A stretch of 64,000 nucleotides of DNA, taken from contig CAVQKB010000004.1 of the NCBI GenBank assembly GCA_963713035.1, positions 65,419-129,418 on the forward strand, written 5' to 3'. Numbering within the stretch: the first letter of the stretch is position 1; each line of letters begins with the position of its first letter. Shown one piece after another: positions 10,275-23,050 of the stretch. Position numbers and translations under genes: made by a program. The DNA comes from an uncultured Actinomycetota bacterium. Its GTDB lineage: Bacteria; Actinomycetota; Actinomycetes; Propionibacteriales; Nocardioidaceae. The notes below the pieces were generated by a model. That model was given only the letters and a program-made list of their open reading frames with translations, made no database searches and had not been told where the DNA came from.

Positions 10275-11242
10275 GACGCCTGCGACCCGGAGCCCTCGGC
10301 CGCGCGCACGGCAGCCTGCAGCCGGCGTACCGCCTCGCGCAGCGCCTGCTCGGCGTCCTCGCCCTGCGCACGCGCCTCGACGACGAGGGCGAGCAGCCGG
10401 TCGCCCCACGTGTCACCAGGAGTCGGCGTGACGCCGATCCGCGCGGACCGCCCGACCACCTTGTCGGCCAGCGCCAGTGCGGGCAGGCCGGTCGGGACGC
10501 CGTCGAGCACCGAGGCACGGCCCTTCTCCGCGGCCTTGAGCGCCTCCCAGTTGCGGTCGACCTCGGCCGCGTCGGCGACCTCGAGCCCGGCGAAGACGTG
10601 CGGGTGCCGGTGCACGAGCTTGTCGACGATGCCGGCGGCCACGTCGTCGATCGTGAAGCCGTCCTCGCCCGCCTCCTCGGCGACCCGGGCGTGGAACAGG
10701 ACCTGCAGCAGCAGGTCGCCGAGCTCTTCACGCAGGTGGGTGTAGTCCGGCTCCTCCTCCTCGAGCCCGTCGAGCGCCTCGAGGGTCTCGTAGGTCTCCT
10801 CGAGCAGGTAGGGCGCCAGCGACCGGTGCGTCTGCTCCCGGTCCCAGGGGCACTCCCGACGCAGCCGGTCCATCACGGTCACCAGGTCGAGAAGTCGCGC
10901 GCCCGGGACGTCGTAGGAGCCGTGCAGCATCTCCACCTCGACCGCCTGCACGGCCTCCCCCGCCTCCATGAGGTACGACGCCAGCTCCGTGGGCAGCCGG
11001 TCGGCCTCGGCGTCGTCGGTCAGGAAGACCACGTCGTGCTCGCGCGCGGCGGCCAGCAGGTCGACGACGGTGACCGCGGGCAGCACCTCCACGACGTGGC
11101 CGGCGGCGCCGACCGCGCGCGCCAGCGGAAGGTCGGCCGACGACGCGACCCGGCGGCCGGCGCTCGCCAGCGTGGTCCACGCGGACCACGACAGCAGCCC
11201 CGGCGCGACGCGGGGGCTGGTGAGCAGGACTACGAGGCGCAC
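10271..11242 (-). CDS. mazG: MazG nucleoside triphosphate pyrophosphohydrolase (N-terminal extension plus tandem MazG domains)
   Basis: 'LRRECPWDREQTHRSLAPYLLEETYETLEALD', 'ELGDLLLQVLFHA', 'KLVHRHPHVF', 'WEALKAAEK'. Confidence 0.9.
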   Translation of the reverse strand: MRLVVLLTSPRVAPGLLSWSAWTTLASAGRRVASSADLPLARAVGAAGHVVEVLPAVTVVDLLAAAREHDVVFLTDDAEADRLPTELASYLMEAGEAVQAVEVEMLHGSYDVPGARLLDLVTVMDRLRRECPWDREQTHRSLAPYLLEETYETLEALDGLEEEEPDYTHLREELGDLLLQVLFHARVAEEAGEDGFTIDDVAAGIVDKLVHRHPHVFAGLEVADAAEVDRNWEALKAAEKGRASVLDGVPTGLPALALADKVVGRSARIGVTPTPGDTWGDRLLALVVEARAQGEDAEQALREAVRRLQAAVRAAEGSGSQAS

Positions 11243-11934
11243 TTCTGCGAGGCCGGGAGCGAGGAGACCCAGCTCGTCGAGGGGGTCGCCTTCTCGCCGT
11301 CGACCGCACTGTCGGACTGCGCGACCGAGAGCGAGCCGGTGGCGGCGCGCAGGGCTCCCTGCGCGTAGACGCCGTAGCGCGGGTCGACCTCGATGTCGAC
11401 GTTCTTGTCCGCCCAGGCGCTCTGCAGCTGGGTGCCCGTCGAGAGCGCCTGCTCCTCGGTCGGCTCCGGCACGCCCTGGGACGCCAGCTCGGCGCGGCCG
11501 ATCTCGGTCAGGGCGAGGCGAGCCTCGGCGACCTCGCGCAGGGTCTCGCGGAAGGCCGTGCGGTCCTGCTCCGAGAGGCCCTGCAGCCCCTGGTCGCTGC
11601 TGGCGAGCAGCGCGGACACCTGCTCCTGGTCGGCTTGCACCCCTTCGGACTCAGCGTAGGCGCGGGTCACGGCGGAGCTGATCAGCACGTCGAGCGCACC
11701 CTGGCGAGCGGCGCGCGTCGCGAGGTCCTGACCCTGCCCCTGGCCACCGGTGCCCTGCGCGGCGCACAGCGCGGTCGCGACCTCGTCGACGCGGGTGTCG
11801 TCGATCGACTCGTCCCCGACGACGGCGGCCGACCCGGGGTGGCCCGTGCAGCCGGCCAGCACCAGGCCGGCGACGGCGAGCGCGGCACCCCGGAGCACAC
11901 GGGAGGAACGGGTGCGGGTGACAGGTCCGGTCAC
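11230..11934 (-). CDS. Secreted lipoprotein, SurA-N-terminal-like (chaperone-like) domain
   Basis: Lipobox 'LVLAGC' at residues 24-29, followed by a helical, Ala/Gln/Glu-rich body. It overlaps the mazG start by 13 nt. Confidence 0.55.
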   Translation of the reverse strand: MTGPVTRTRSSRVLRGAALAVAGLVLAGCTGHPGSAAVVGDESIDDTRVDEVATALCAAQGTGGQGQGQDLATRAARQGALDVLISSAVTRAYAESEGVQADQEQVSALLASSDQGLQGLSEQDRTAFRETLREVAEARLALTEIGRAELASQGVPEPTEEQALSTGTQLQSAWADKNVDIEVDPRYGVYAQGALRAATGSLSVAQSDSAVDGEKATPSTSWVSSLPASQKCAS

Positions 11935-11993
11935 GGCGTCAGGTCTCCTGAGGGACGGGTGGGGTGCGGCTGGTGGGCAGGTGGGTCCGGTGG

Positions 11994-15599
<3,606 letters not shown>

Positions 15600-15694
15600 C
15601 GGGTGTGTGCTCCCTGCAGGTGACGGGTGGTACGCGGGGTGGAGTCTACGAGGCCTGACGACAGGTCGGCCGGGTCGGTCGGCAGGCTCGTCGA

Positions 15695-17038
15695 TCAGCG
15701 GCTGCGGGCCACGGCACAGTCGGTCGTGCCGACCAGGGGCAGCGCCTTCGGACTCACCACGATCCCGAAGGGCACGTCGGTGCAAGTGACCTCGTCGAGG
15801 CGTCCGGCCGCCCGCTCGGCGTAGAGCAGCGCGGCTCGCTTCGCACCGCTGACCCGCAGCCGACGCAGCACCGGGGTCGTCGTGCCGGACGCCTGCACCC
15901 CCACCTGTCCGCCGCGGAACGTCGACCCGGTGACCAACGGGCTCGCGGCGTCGAGGACGGCCACCCCGGCAGCGTTGTCGCGGAAGGTGCCGCCCCGCAC
16001 CGCGCCGCTGCTGCGGCCGGTGAAGCAGATGCCGCACTGGCCGTTGCGCTCGAAGCGGGTCGAGCGGATGCTCACCCGGTGCCGGCCCGTCAGCAGCACG
16101 CCGGCGCCGCTGTTGTCGAGCAGCTCCGAGCCGGTCATCTCCAGCGTCGTGCCCCGGCCACCCTCGTTGCCGTCGCGGCCCGACATCAGGACGCCGGCTC
16201 CTCCGCTGCTGGCCTCGCCGGACTTCTCGCTGCGGGCACCCGTGACGCGGACGCCGGTCAGCACCACCGAGGAGGTCGGCCCCCCGATCAGGCCGTTGGC
16301 CGCCCGCCGGCCCGTGTGCCGCAGGGTGAGGTCGGCCAGCTCGACGCGGCCGTCGGTCAGCACCAGCACGGCTACCTCCCCCGCGTCGGAGGCCAGGGTG
16401 GTGCGGCCCCGTCCGGCTCCGCGCAGCGTGACGCCCTGCAGCAGCACCAGCGACGAGTCCAGGCGGTAGCGGCCCGGGGCGAGCGTCACCGTCGACCCAG
16501 GCCCCAGCTCGGACAGCACCGTCGGCAGGTCGTCGTCAGGGCCGGCGTCCACGGAGGTGGCGCTCTCCTGGGCCCGTCCGGCCAGGGACGCCTTCAGCCG
16601 CAGCAGCACCGTCTGCGCCAGGGGTCCGCGCGCAGTCACGTCCCCGAGCCGCGCCTGCAGGTCGCGCTGGTAGGTCGCCACGTCGCAGTCGCGCTGCTGC
16701 AGCACGTCCCGGGTCTGGGACAGCGCGTTGCGCAGGCCGGTGTCGCCGCCCTGCGGGCCCACCGACGGGCTCGCCGTCGGGCTGGACGCAGGTCCAGACG
16801 TGGGGCCGGAGACGGCGGTGCCGTAGCCGTCGACGTACTGCTGGACCGCGCGGACCACGAGATCGGGGACGTCGGTGCACGCCTCCGCGGCAGCGCTCGG
16901 GTCTGCGCCCGAGGCGTCCGGGGACGACGCGCCCGACCCGGCCTGCTGCGGGGTCGACGCGTCGCAGCCACCGAGGCCGAGCGCCGTGGCCACGACGAGG
17001 GCGACGAACAGCCCGGGTCTCCCGAGAGGTCGGATCAC
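15695..17038 (-). CDS. Lipoprotein with right-handed parallel beta-helix repeats, translationally coupled to the giant gene
   Basis: GTG start at 17038 overlaps the giant-gene TGA (GTGA). Lipobox 'ALGLGGC'. The C-terminal half carries ~22-aa repeats ('VVLTGVRVTGA', 'LEMTGSELLDNSGAGVLLTG', 'VSIRSTRFERNGQCGICF', 'VRGGTFRDNAAGVAV', 'VTGSTFRGGQVGVQA') typical of PbH1 / pectate-lyase-fold proteins. Confidence 0.8.
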   Translation of the reverse strand: MIRPLGRPGLFVALVVATALGLGGCDASTPQQAGSGASSPDASGADPSAAAEACTDVPDLVVRAVQQYVDGYGTAVSGPTSGPASSPTASPSVGPQGGDTGLRNALSQTRDVLQQRDCDVATYQRDLQARLGDVTARGPLAQTVLLRLKASLAGRAQESATSVDAGPDDDLPTVLSELGPGSTVTLAPGRYRLDSSLVLLQGVTLRGAGRGRTTLASDAGEVAVLVLTDGRVELADLTLRHTGRRAANGLIGGPTSSVVLTGVRVTGARSEKSGEASSGGAGVLMSGRDGNEGGRGTTLEMTGSELLDNSGAGVLLTGRHRVSIRSTRFERNGQCGICFTGRSSGAVRGGTFRDNAAGVAVLDAASPLVTGSTFRGGQVGVQASGTTTPVLRRLRVSGAKRAALLYAERAAGRLDEVTCTDVPFGIVVSPKALPLVGTTDCAVARSR

Positions 17039-20000
17039 GCGCCCAGCATAGGGAGCCGCGGCCCTCCTCGTGCACGACCCAGCAACGTCGCCACAGTCAG
17101 GCCCGCCAGCACCAGGAGCCACCAGGGTGGCCCGGTCGGCGCGACCGGACCGGGTGGGTCCACCCCGGCGAACGGCATCGTCCATCCGGACGCGGAGAGC
17201 GTCAGGATGCTCCCGGCGGCGACCGCCCCCAGGCCGGTCGCCACCGTGCTGTCCTGCACCGGGCCGACCAGCATCGGGCCGACCTGCACCGGGCCGACCA
17301 GCACCGGGCCGACCTGCACCGGCGCGCCGGCCGGGCCGGGGACCGCTCCTCCGAGCGTCAGGCCCGACTCGCTCGGCCTGGGAGCGAGGGCAGGATCCGC
17401 GCCCGGCGCGGGGAGCCGAGCCGGCGCGACGGCCAAGTGCATCAGGCGCCGACCGGGGCGCAGCACCGGGGCCATCGGTCCCCGGGCGTCCGTGTGCTCC
17501 AGCCCCAGGACGTGGCCGAGCTCGTGCACCAGCACCGTGACCAGGTCCATCCGTCGCGGGGCGACCGTGGAGCCCGTCGACCAGCCCCAGCCGGCGGCGT
17601 CGCGGTCCACCCGCACCGTGGCTCCGCTGGTCTCGGCCAGCGTGCGGCCGGCCAGTCTGGTCAGCACCACGTGGGCGCCCGCCAGCGTGGTGGCGTCGGC
17701 GCCGCGACCGGTCCAGTAGCCGCGGGCGATGGCGAGGGCGCCGCGCAGGTCGCGCACCGAAACCGACGGGGCGGCCCCGCGGTGCTCGGCGGCAGCGAGC
17801 ATCCGCCGCGGCTTCGCGTCGTCGTTGAGGATCGTGAGTGTCGCCGCGGCCGTCTCGAGGGTGGCCATGGTCGGGGTCGACAGGGCCAGCTTGACGGTCT
17901 CGTGAGCCTCGTAGGTCCGGTCTCCGCGCACCACGACCGGCACGTAGGCCACGGTCTGACCCGGCGCGAAGGTCAGCGTCAGCACCGTCCAGGTGGTGCT
18001 CACGTCGGCGGAGTTCGCGGTCCCGCCCGCCACGCGGCGCACCTCCACCGTCACGGCGTACGGCGCTGCGACCGACAGCCGCACCGGGACCTGCACGACC
18101 CGGGAGCCGGAGCGACCCTCGGAGACCTTGATGCTGTCGATGGTCAGGCTCGGGTCGTCGTCGAGGATCGTGACCTCGCCGTCGGCCCTGCCCAGGGCTC
18201 CGCCGACGACCGAGGTCAGCTGCACTCCGAAGGTCTCGGACGGCTCCAGCTCACGGTCGCCGAGCACCTGCACGGTGATCGCCGCGCTGGTGACTCCGGC
18301 AGCGAAGGTCAGCACGCCGCTGGCGGCGACGAAGTCGCGACGGGTCACGGTCGCGGTACCGTCGACCAGCGTCCAGGTGACCGTCACCGGGCTGCCCGGC
18401 GCCGGCGCCGAGCTCAGCGTCACGGTGATGGTCAGCGAGCGGGGGCCGGAGTGGCCCTCGACGACGCTCGCGTCGCCCACGTCGACCACCGGCAGCGAGG
18501 CAGGCGCGTCCAGGGCACCCGCGGTGCTCCAGCGGGCCTGCAGCTGCGGGGCCAGGAACATCGCGTCGCTGACGCGGGTCGCGGTGTCCCGGGGCCCGGC
18601 CGGGAAGGTCGGGGCCTGGCCGGTGCTGCCGTACCACTCCTGGAACCACTGCTTGTCGGTCGCGACGACCAGCCCGATCTCACCGAACGGCTCGCCGCGG
18701 CGCGGGTCCCCGACGGCGCCGAGGCCCCGGTCGGCGCCCTGGCTGTGCGCGAGCGCCATCAGGAACTCGTTCAGCGACGGCGACCCGAGGCGGACGATCG
18801 TCGGGCCGGAGTTCGAGGCGAACGGCACCAGGTAGACGTTGATCGCGTTGTTCCAGTCGATGAGCCGGTCCCCGCCGGTGTTGGCGATCAGGATGTCGCG
18901 GCCCGCACCGCCGATGACGCGGTCCTGGTAGGTCGCGTGGCTGTCGGCGCGGTCGTTGAGCCCGCCGTTGGTGCCCTTGTCGTCGTCGGCGTCCAGCAGG
19001 TCGTTGCCCTGGCCGCCCCACAGGGTGTCGCGGCCGGTGCCGCCGACGAGCCAGTCGTTGCCGTTGTCACCGAACAGGACGTCGCTGCCGTCGTCGAAGA
19101 CGCCGGCGTAGGCACCTTCGGTGGCGGCCCCCTCGGTCGCGTCGTTGTTCAGGAACCACTGCCGGGTGGCGCCGGCGCTCTTGTCGAGCGTGCCGTTGGC
19201 GTTGAGCATGATCCGCCTGCGCGGGTCGCGCTCGTCGTAGAGCGCGAACCGGCCGGTGGTGGCGTCGTAGCCGAGCAGGGTCCCGTCGTTGAACGGGCGG
19301 TACCAGTCGGTGCGGACGATCGAGCCGGTGTACGACGGGGCGTAGGACAGCGGCAGCGCCTCGGCGCCGGAGATCGCGTCGTCGCCCGCACCGCCGTGCA
19401 GGAAGTCGGAGTCGAGACCGCCGAAGATCACGTCGTTGCTGTACGACGGACGTCCACCCGTGGCGCTCTCGCCGGCGGGGTCGAGCGAGAAGGCCGTCAG
19501 ACGGACCGACTTGGTCAGCCAGCCCCGCGGGAACACGACGCTCTCCTGCCCGCCGCCCGGCGTGCGGATGACGCTCTGCTGGTTGACCGCGAGCAGCCCG
19601 TTGAGCGGCTCCGTCGACCCGTTGCGGCTGGTCAGGATCCGACCGTCGTCGCCCAGGATGCCGTCGACGCCCGCCCCGCCGGAGATCCAGTCGTGACCCC
19701 AGCCGCCGACCAGGTCGTCGTCGCCCGCGTCGCCGTAGACGACGTCGTTGCCGCCGCCCGCGTAGACGGTGTCGTCCCCGGCCTCGCCGTGCACCAGGTC
19801 GCTGCCCCACACGTCGCGCACCATCTGGCCCCAGGTCGCGGCCTGCAGCGGCGTGAGACCGCCGAACAGCTCGGGGTGCAGCGCCGGGCCGCCCTCGGTG
19901 TAGTCCAGCAGGGTGACCGCGCGCGGCAGCAGCCGGACCGGCTCGCCGTAGGTGTCGTAGGTGTAGGTGACGAGACCGGTGACCACGCCGTTCACGCCGA

Positions 20001-23000
20001 CCAGGCGGAGGATGTTGCCGTTGTCGCCGACGATCGTGTCGGAGTCTGCGGCGTGCCCCGGGGTGCGGTCGTTGCGGCCGATCGCCGTGCCGGCGCCGCC
20101 GAAGATCACGTCGCTGCGGTCCGGACGCATCGCCATCGAGGTCAGGCCGAAGAGGCTGGAGCTGCCGCCGACGATGTCGTCGCGGCCCAGGCCGCCGAAG
20201 ATGGTGTCGCTGCCCCCGCCGCCCTCGATGTAGTCGTCGCCGTCGGTGGACGCCTCGAAGCTCGCCACCACGGCGAGCACTCCGTTGAGGTCGGTGGAGG
20301 CCCCGACCACCTTGCCGCCGCGACGGAAGTCGATCGAGCCGTCGCCCTGGATCACGTCGTCGCCGAGCTGGCCGAAGATCACGTCGTCGCCCGCGCCGCC
20401 GGCGAGGTAGTCGTTGCCGAACCGGTCGGTGCCCGTGGTCTCCGTGGCCAGGTCGTGGTCGTGGTCGACCAGCGTGAGCACGAAGTCCATCCAGGACGCC
20501 GACCCGCGGGGGTCGAGCTGCGAGGTGCCGGTGACGAGTGCGTTGCCGCGGGCGTCGTACGTCGTGGTGCCGCTCAGCACACGGAAGCGCGGGTTGGCGT
20601 AGGTGCCGTAGGTGGTGGACCGGTCGAGCAGGACGTTGTCTCCGAAGACCAGGTCCTTGCCCGCTCCACCGTCGATCGCGTCGCCTCGGGTGCCGCCGAC
20701 CAGCACGTCGTCGCCGTCCTGGCCGTAGATCGCGTCGGCGCCGCCGATCGCGTTGTCGGTGACGGCGAGGTAGACCACCCGGAACTCGCCCGCGCGGACC
20801 TCCATCCGCACCGTGCCGTGGTCGCCGACGACGTAGTCGTCGCCGCTGCCGGCGCGGATCACGTCGCCGGACGCGCCGCCGAGGATCACGTCGCTGCCGC
20901 TGCCGGTGGTGATGACGTCGCCGCCGCCGACTGTCGGGGCGAGGGTCTCCAGCACCCGGATCACGCGGTTGAGGAACGGCGAGATGCGCTGCATCGTCAC
21001 GGTGAGCTGGGCGTTGTCGCCCGCCACCAGGTTGCGTCCGTCGCCCCCGTCGATGGTGTCGGCCCCGGCTCCGCCGATCACGATGTCGTCGCCCCTGCCG
21101 GTGACGATGGTGTCGTCGCCGCCGAGGGCGGTGTCGAGGCTGGTGACCGAGTCCACCGTGGTCGGGTCGCCGTCGCGCAGCACGTAGTCCACGAACCCGT
21201 GGTCGCCGAGCACGATGTCGCCGACGGTGTCGTCGCGGTCGGTGGTGATGGAGTCGCTGCCTGCACCGCCGATGACGACGTCGGCGCCGCTGCCGGCGTG
21301 CAGGACGTCCGGACCGCCGACCGTCGGGTCGACGGTGATGACCAGCCCGACGAGGAAGCCGTCGGTGTCGCTGGCCCGGTCGGGGCCGCCGCCGTAGCCG
21401 GCCAGGCCCACCGCCAGGTCCTCGAGGGCCAGGAGCTGGCTCGCGGTCAGGACCGTGCCGCCGAGCCAGGGCGTGGTGATGGTGGCCGGGTCGAACCAGA
21501 GCACGCGGCCGCGGTCGCCCAGGATGACGTCGTTGCCGCTGCCACCCTTGATGGTGTCGGCGTCCTGGCCGCCGAAGATCACCAGCGGAAGGCTGGAGCC
21601 CGAGCCGTCCACGAAGTCGGCGTCGGAGTGCATGAGCTGCGGTCCGTCGAAGCGCTCCACGAGCGTGGACGCGGTCCAGGACACGGTGCCGAGCGCGGAC
21701 ATCGTCGGCGTGTAGTGGGTGATCGCGACCGTGAGCACGTCGCCGACAGCCGGGGTGAACAGCAGCTTGACCAGGTTGAGGTCGTGGTCGAGGTAGTAGC
21801 GCGACGGGTCGACCACGTTGCCGTTGAGCCGGACCACCACGGTGTCGGCGGGCTGCGGCTCGTCGCCCGGGTCGAGGTTCGTGCGCAGGTCCAGGACGTC
21901 CTGGTAGTTGCCCTGGGTGTTCAGGACGAACGCACCGTCGACGAGCTTGTCCAGCGTGAGCGTGACGCGGTCGTCGCCCAAGCCGGTGCTGAGCCAGGTG
22001 GTGGTGCGCTGCCCCGGCAGGGTGCGCCTCATCGCGGCGTCGACCCTGATCGTGTCGTTGCCGAAGCCGGTCCAGATCCGGATGCCCTGGTAGTTGACTC
22101 CTGCGGAGCGACCCGCGGCGAAGTCGCCACCCACGGCGCTGTAGGTGAGGGATCCGACTGCGAGCCCGACCACGAAGATCTCGGCGGCCCGGTCGACCTC
22201 GGCGTCGCGCGCGCTCGCGGCTGCGGCACTGCGCGTGATCAGGACGTCGCGGTCGCCGGTCCGGGCGCCCTCGTCGCTGATCAGCAGCACCTGGTGGTGA
22301 CCCGGTCCGGCGGCGATGTTGAGGGTGCCGAGCAGGTCGTCCAGTGTGCCGGTGAGGAAGTCGGGACGACCGTCGAGCGCCACGTCGGCCTTGGACGAGA
22401 CGTAGATCCGGTCGTCGCCGGCGCCGGTCGCCAGGTTGGTGTGCGCGGTGGTGCCCTGCACGTTCATCACGTCGTGGCCGCTGCCGAGCAGGATGTCGAG
22501 GACGTTGTCGGCCTCGAGCCCGGCGTAGGTGATGCCGTCCACGCGCAGTCGGTCGGTCGCCGCCCCGCCCGTGCCGAGGGCCGCCAGCACCGGGGTGGTC
22601 GCCGCGGCGAGCTCACCGCGGAAGCCGATGAGGTAGACCGGCCCGACCTTCCAGACGAAGACGCTGTCGGCGCAGCGCGTCTGTCCGCCGGTGCCGCACG
22701 AGGACGCGTTCGGGAACAGCAGGGCGTAGAGCGCGTCGTGCACGGTCTGCGTGCTCGCGTCGGCCGCCAGCGTCACCCGACCGACCCCGGCCAGACCGAT
22801 CGTGAACGATGTGGCCCCCGGGCGCGGCTGCACGGAGTAGAGGCGGTCGACGCCGGCGCGGGCGACCATGCCGAGCCCGGTGAGGCTGGTCTGGGTCAGC
22901 CGGCCCAGGGTGCTGCCGGTGTTGGCGGCGTCGTCCACGACCACACGGTCGCGGCCGGCTCCCCCGTCGACGGCGAGCTGGGCGAGCAGCTCGTTGACCC

Positions 23001-23050
23001 GGTGACCGGCGGTCCCGATGGTGACCGTGTCGTCGCCGGCGCCACCCGGA
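17035..23050 (-). CDS. Giant protein, intact C-terminal block (~2,004 aa): GGxGxD repeats, 2 Calx-beta domains, second metzincin-like module, pentapeptide repeats, LPXTG-like TM tail
   Basis: This is the real part of track ORF 17035..23589 (its first ~180 aa are junk). 'GGAGDDVIFGQLGDDVIQGDG', 'GEAGDDTVYAGGGNDVVYGDAGDDDLVGGWGHDWISGGAGVDGILGDDG', 'GNDWLVGGTGRDTLWGGQGNDLLDADDD'. Confidence 0.85.
17080..17124 (-). other. C-terminal hydrophobic helix followed by a basic tail (cell-wall-sorting-signal-like)
   Basis: 'PGPVAPTGPP-WWLLVLAGLTVATLL-GRARGGPRLPMLGA*'. This is the tripartite arrangement of motif, TM helix and Arg-rich tail. Confidence 0.6.
17254..17325 (-). repeat. 15-bp tandem repeat (~4.8 copies) encoding the pentapeptide repeat (V/L)(Q/L)VGP
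   Basis: The plus strand repeats caccgggccgacc(ag/tg). It translates to 'APVQVGPVLVGPVQVGPMLVGPVQ'. Confidence 0.85.
17494..17526 (-). other. Metzincin-type zinc-binding motif HELGHVLGLEH (module 2, C-terminal)
   Basis: Minus-strand codons cac gag ctc ggc cac gtc ctg ggg ctg gag cac. Context 'VRVDRDAAGWGWSTGSTVAPRRMDLVTVLVHELGHVLGLEHTDARGPMAP'. Confidence 0.8.
17818..18495 (-). other. Two tandem Calx-beta domains
   Basis: 'VDVGDASVVEGHSGPRSLTITVTLSSA...VTVTWTLVDGTATVTRRDFVAASGVLTFAAGVTSAAITVQVLGDRELEPSETFGVQL...EVTILDDD', and a second copy 'IKVSEGRSGSRVVQVPVRLS...TFAPGQTVAYVPVVVRGDRTYEAHETVKLAL...TLTILNDD'. Confidence 0.8.

Noticed and set aside
15600-16037. N-terminal 146-aa extension of the Mfd ORF
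   Set aside because: It has junk composition and overlaps the 3' end of the beta-helix lipoprotein gene. Mfd-like sequence begins at 'LGTTPHLTGLADLV'.
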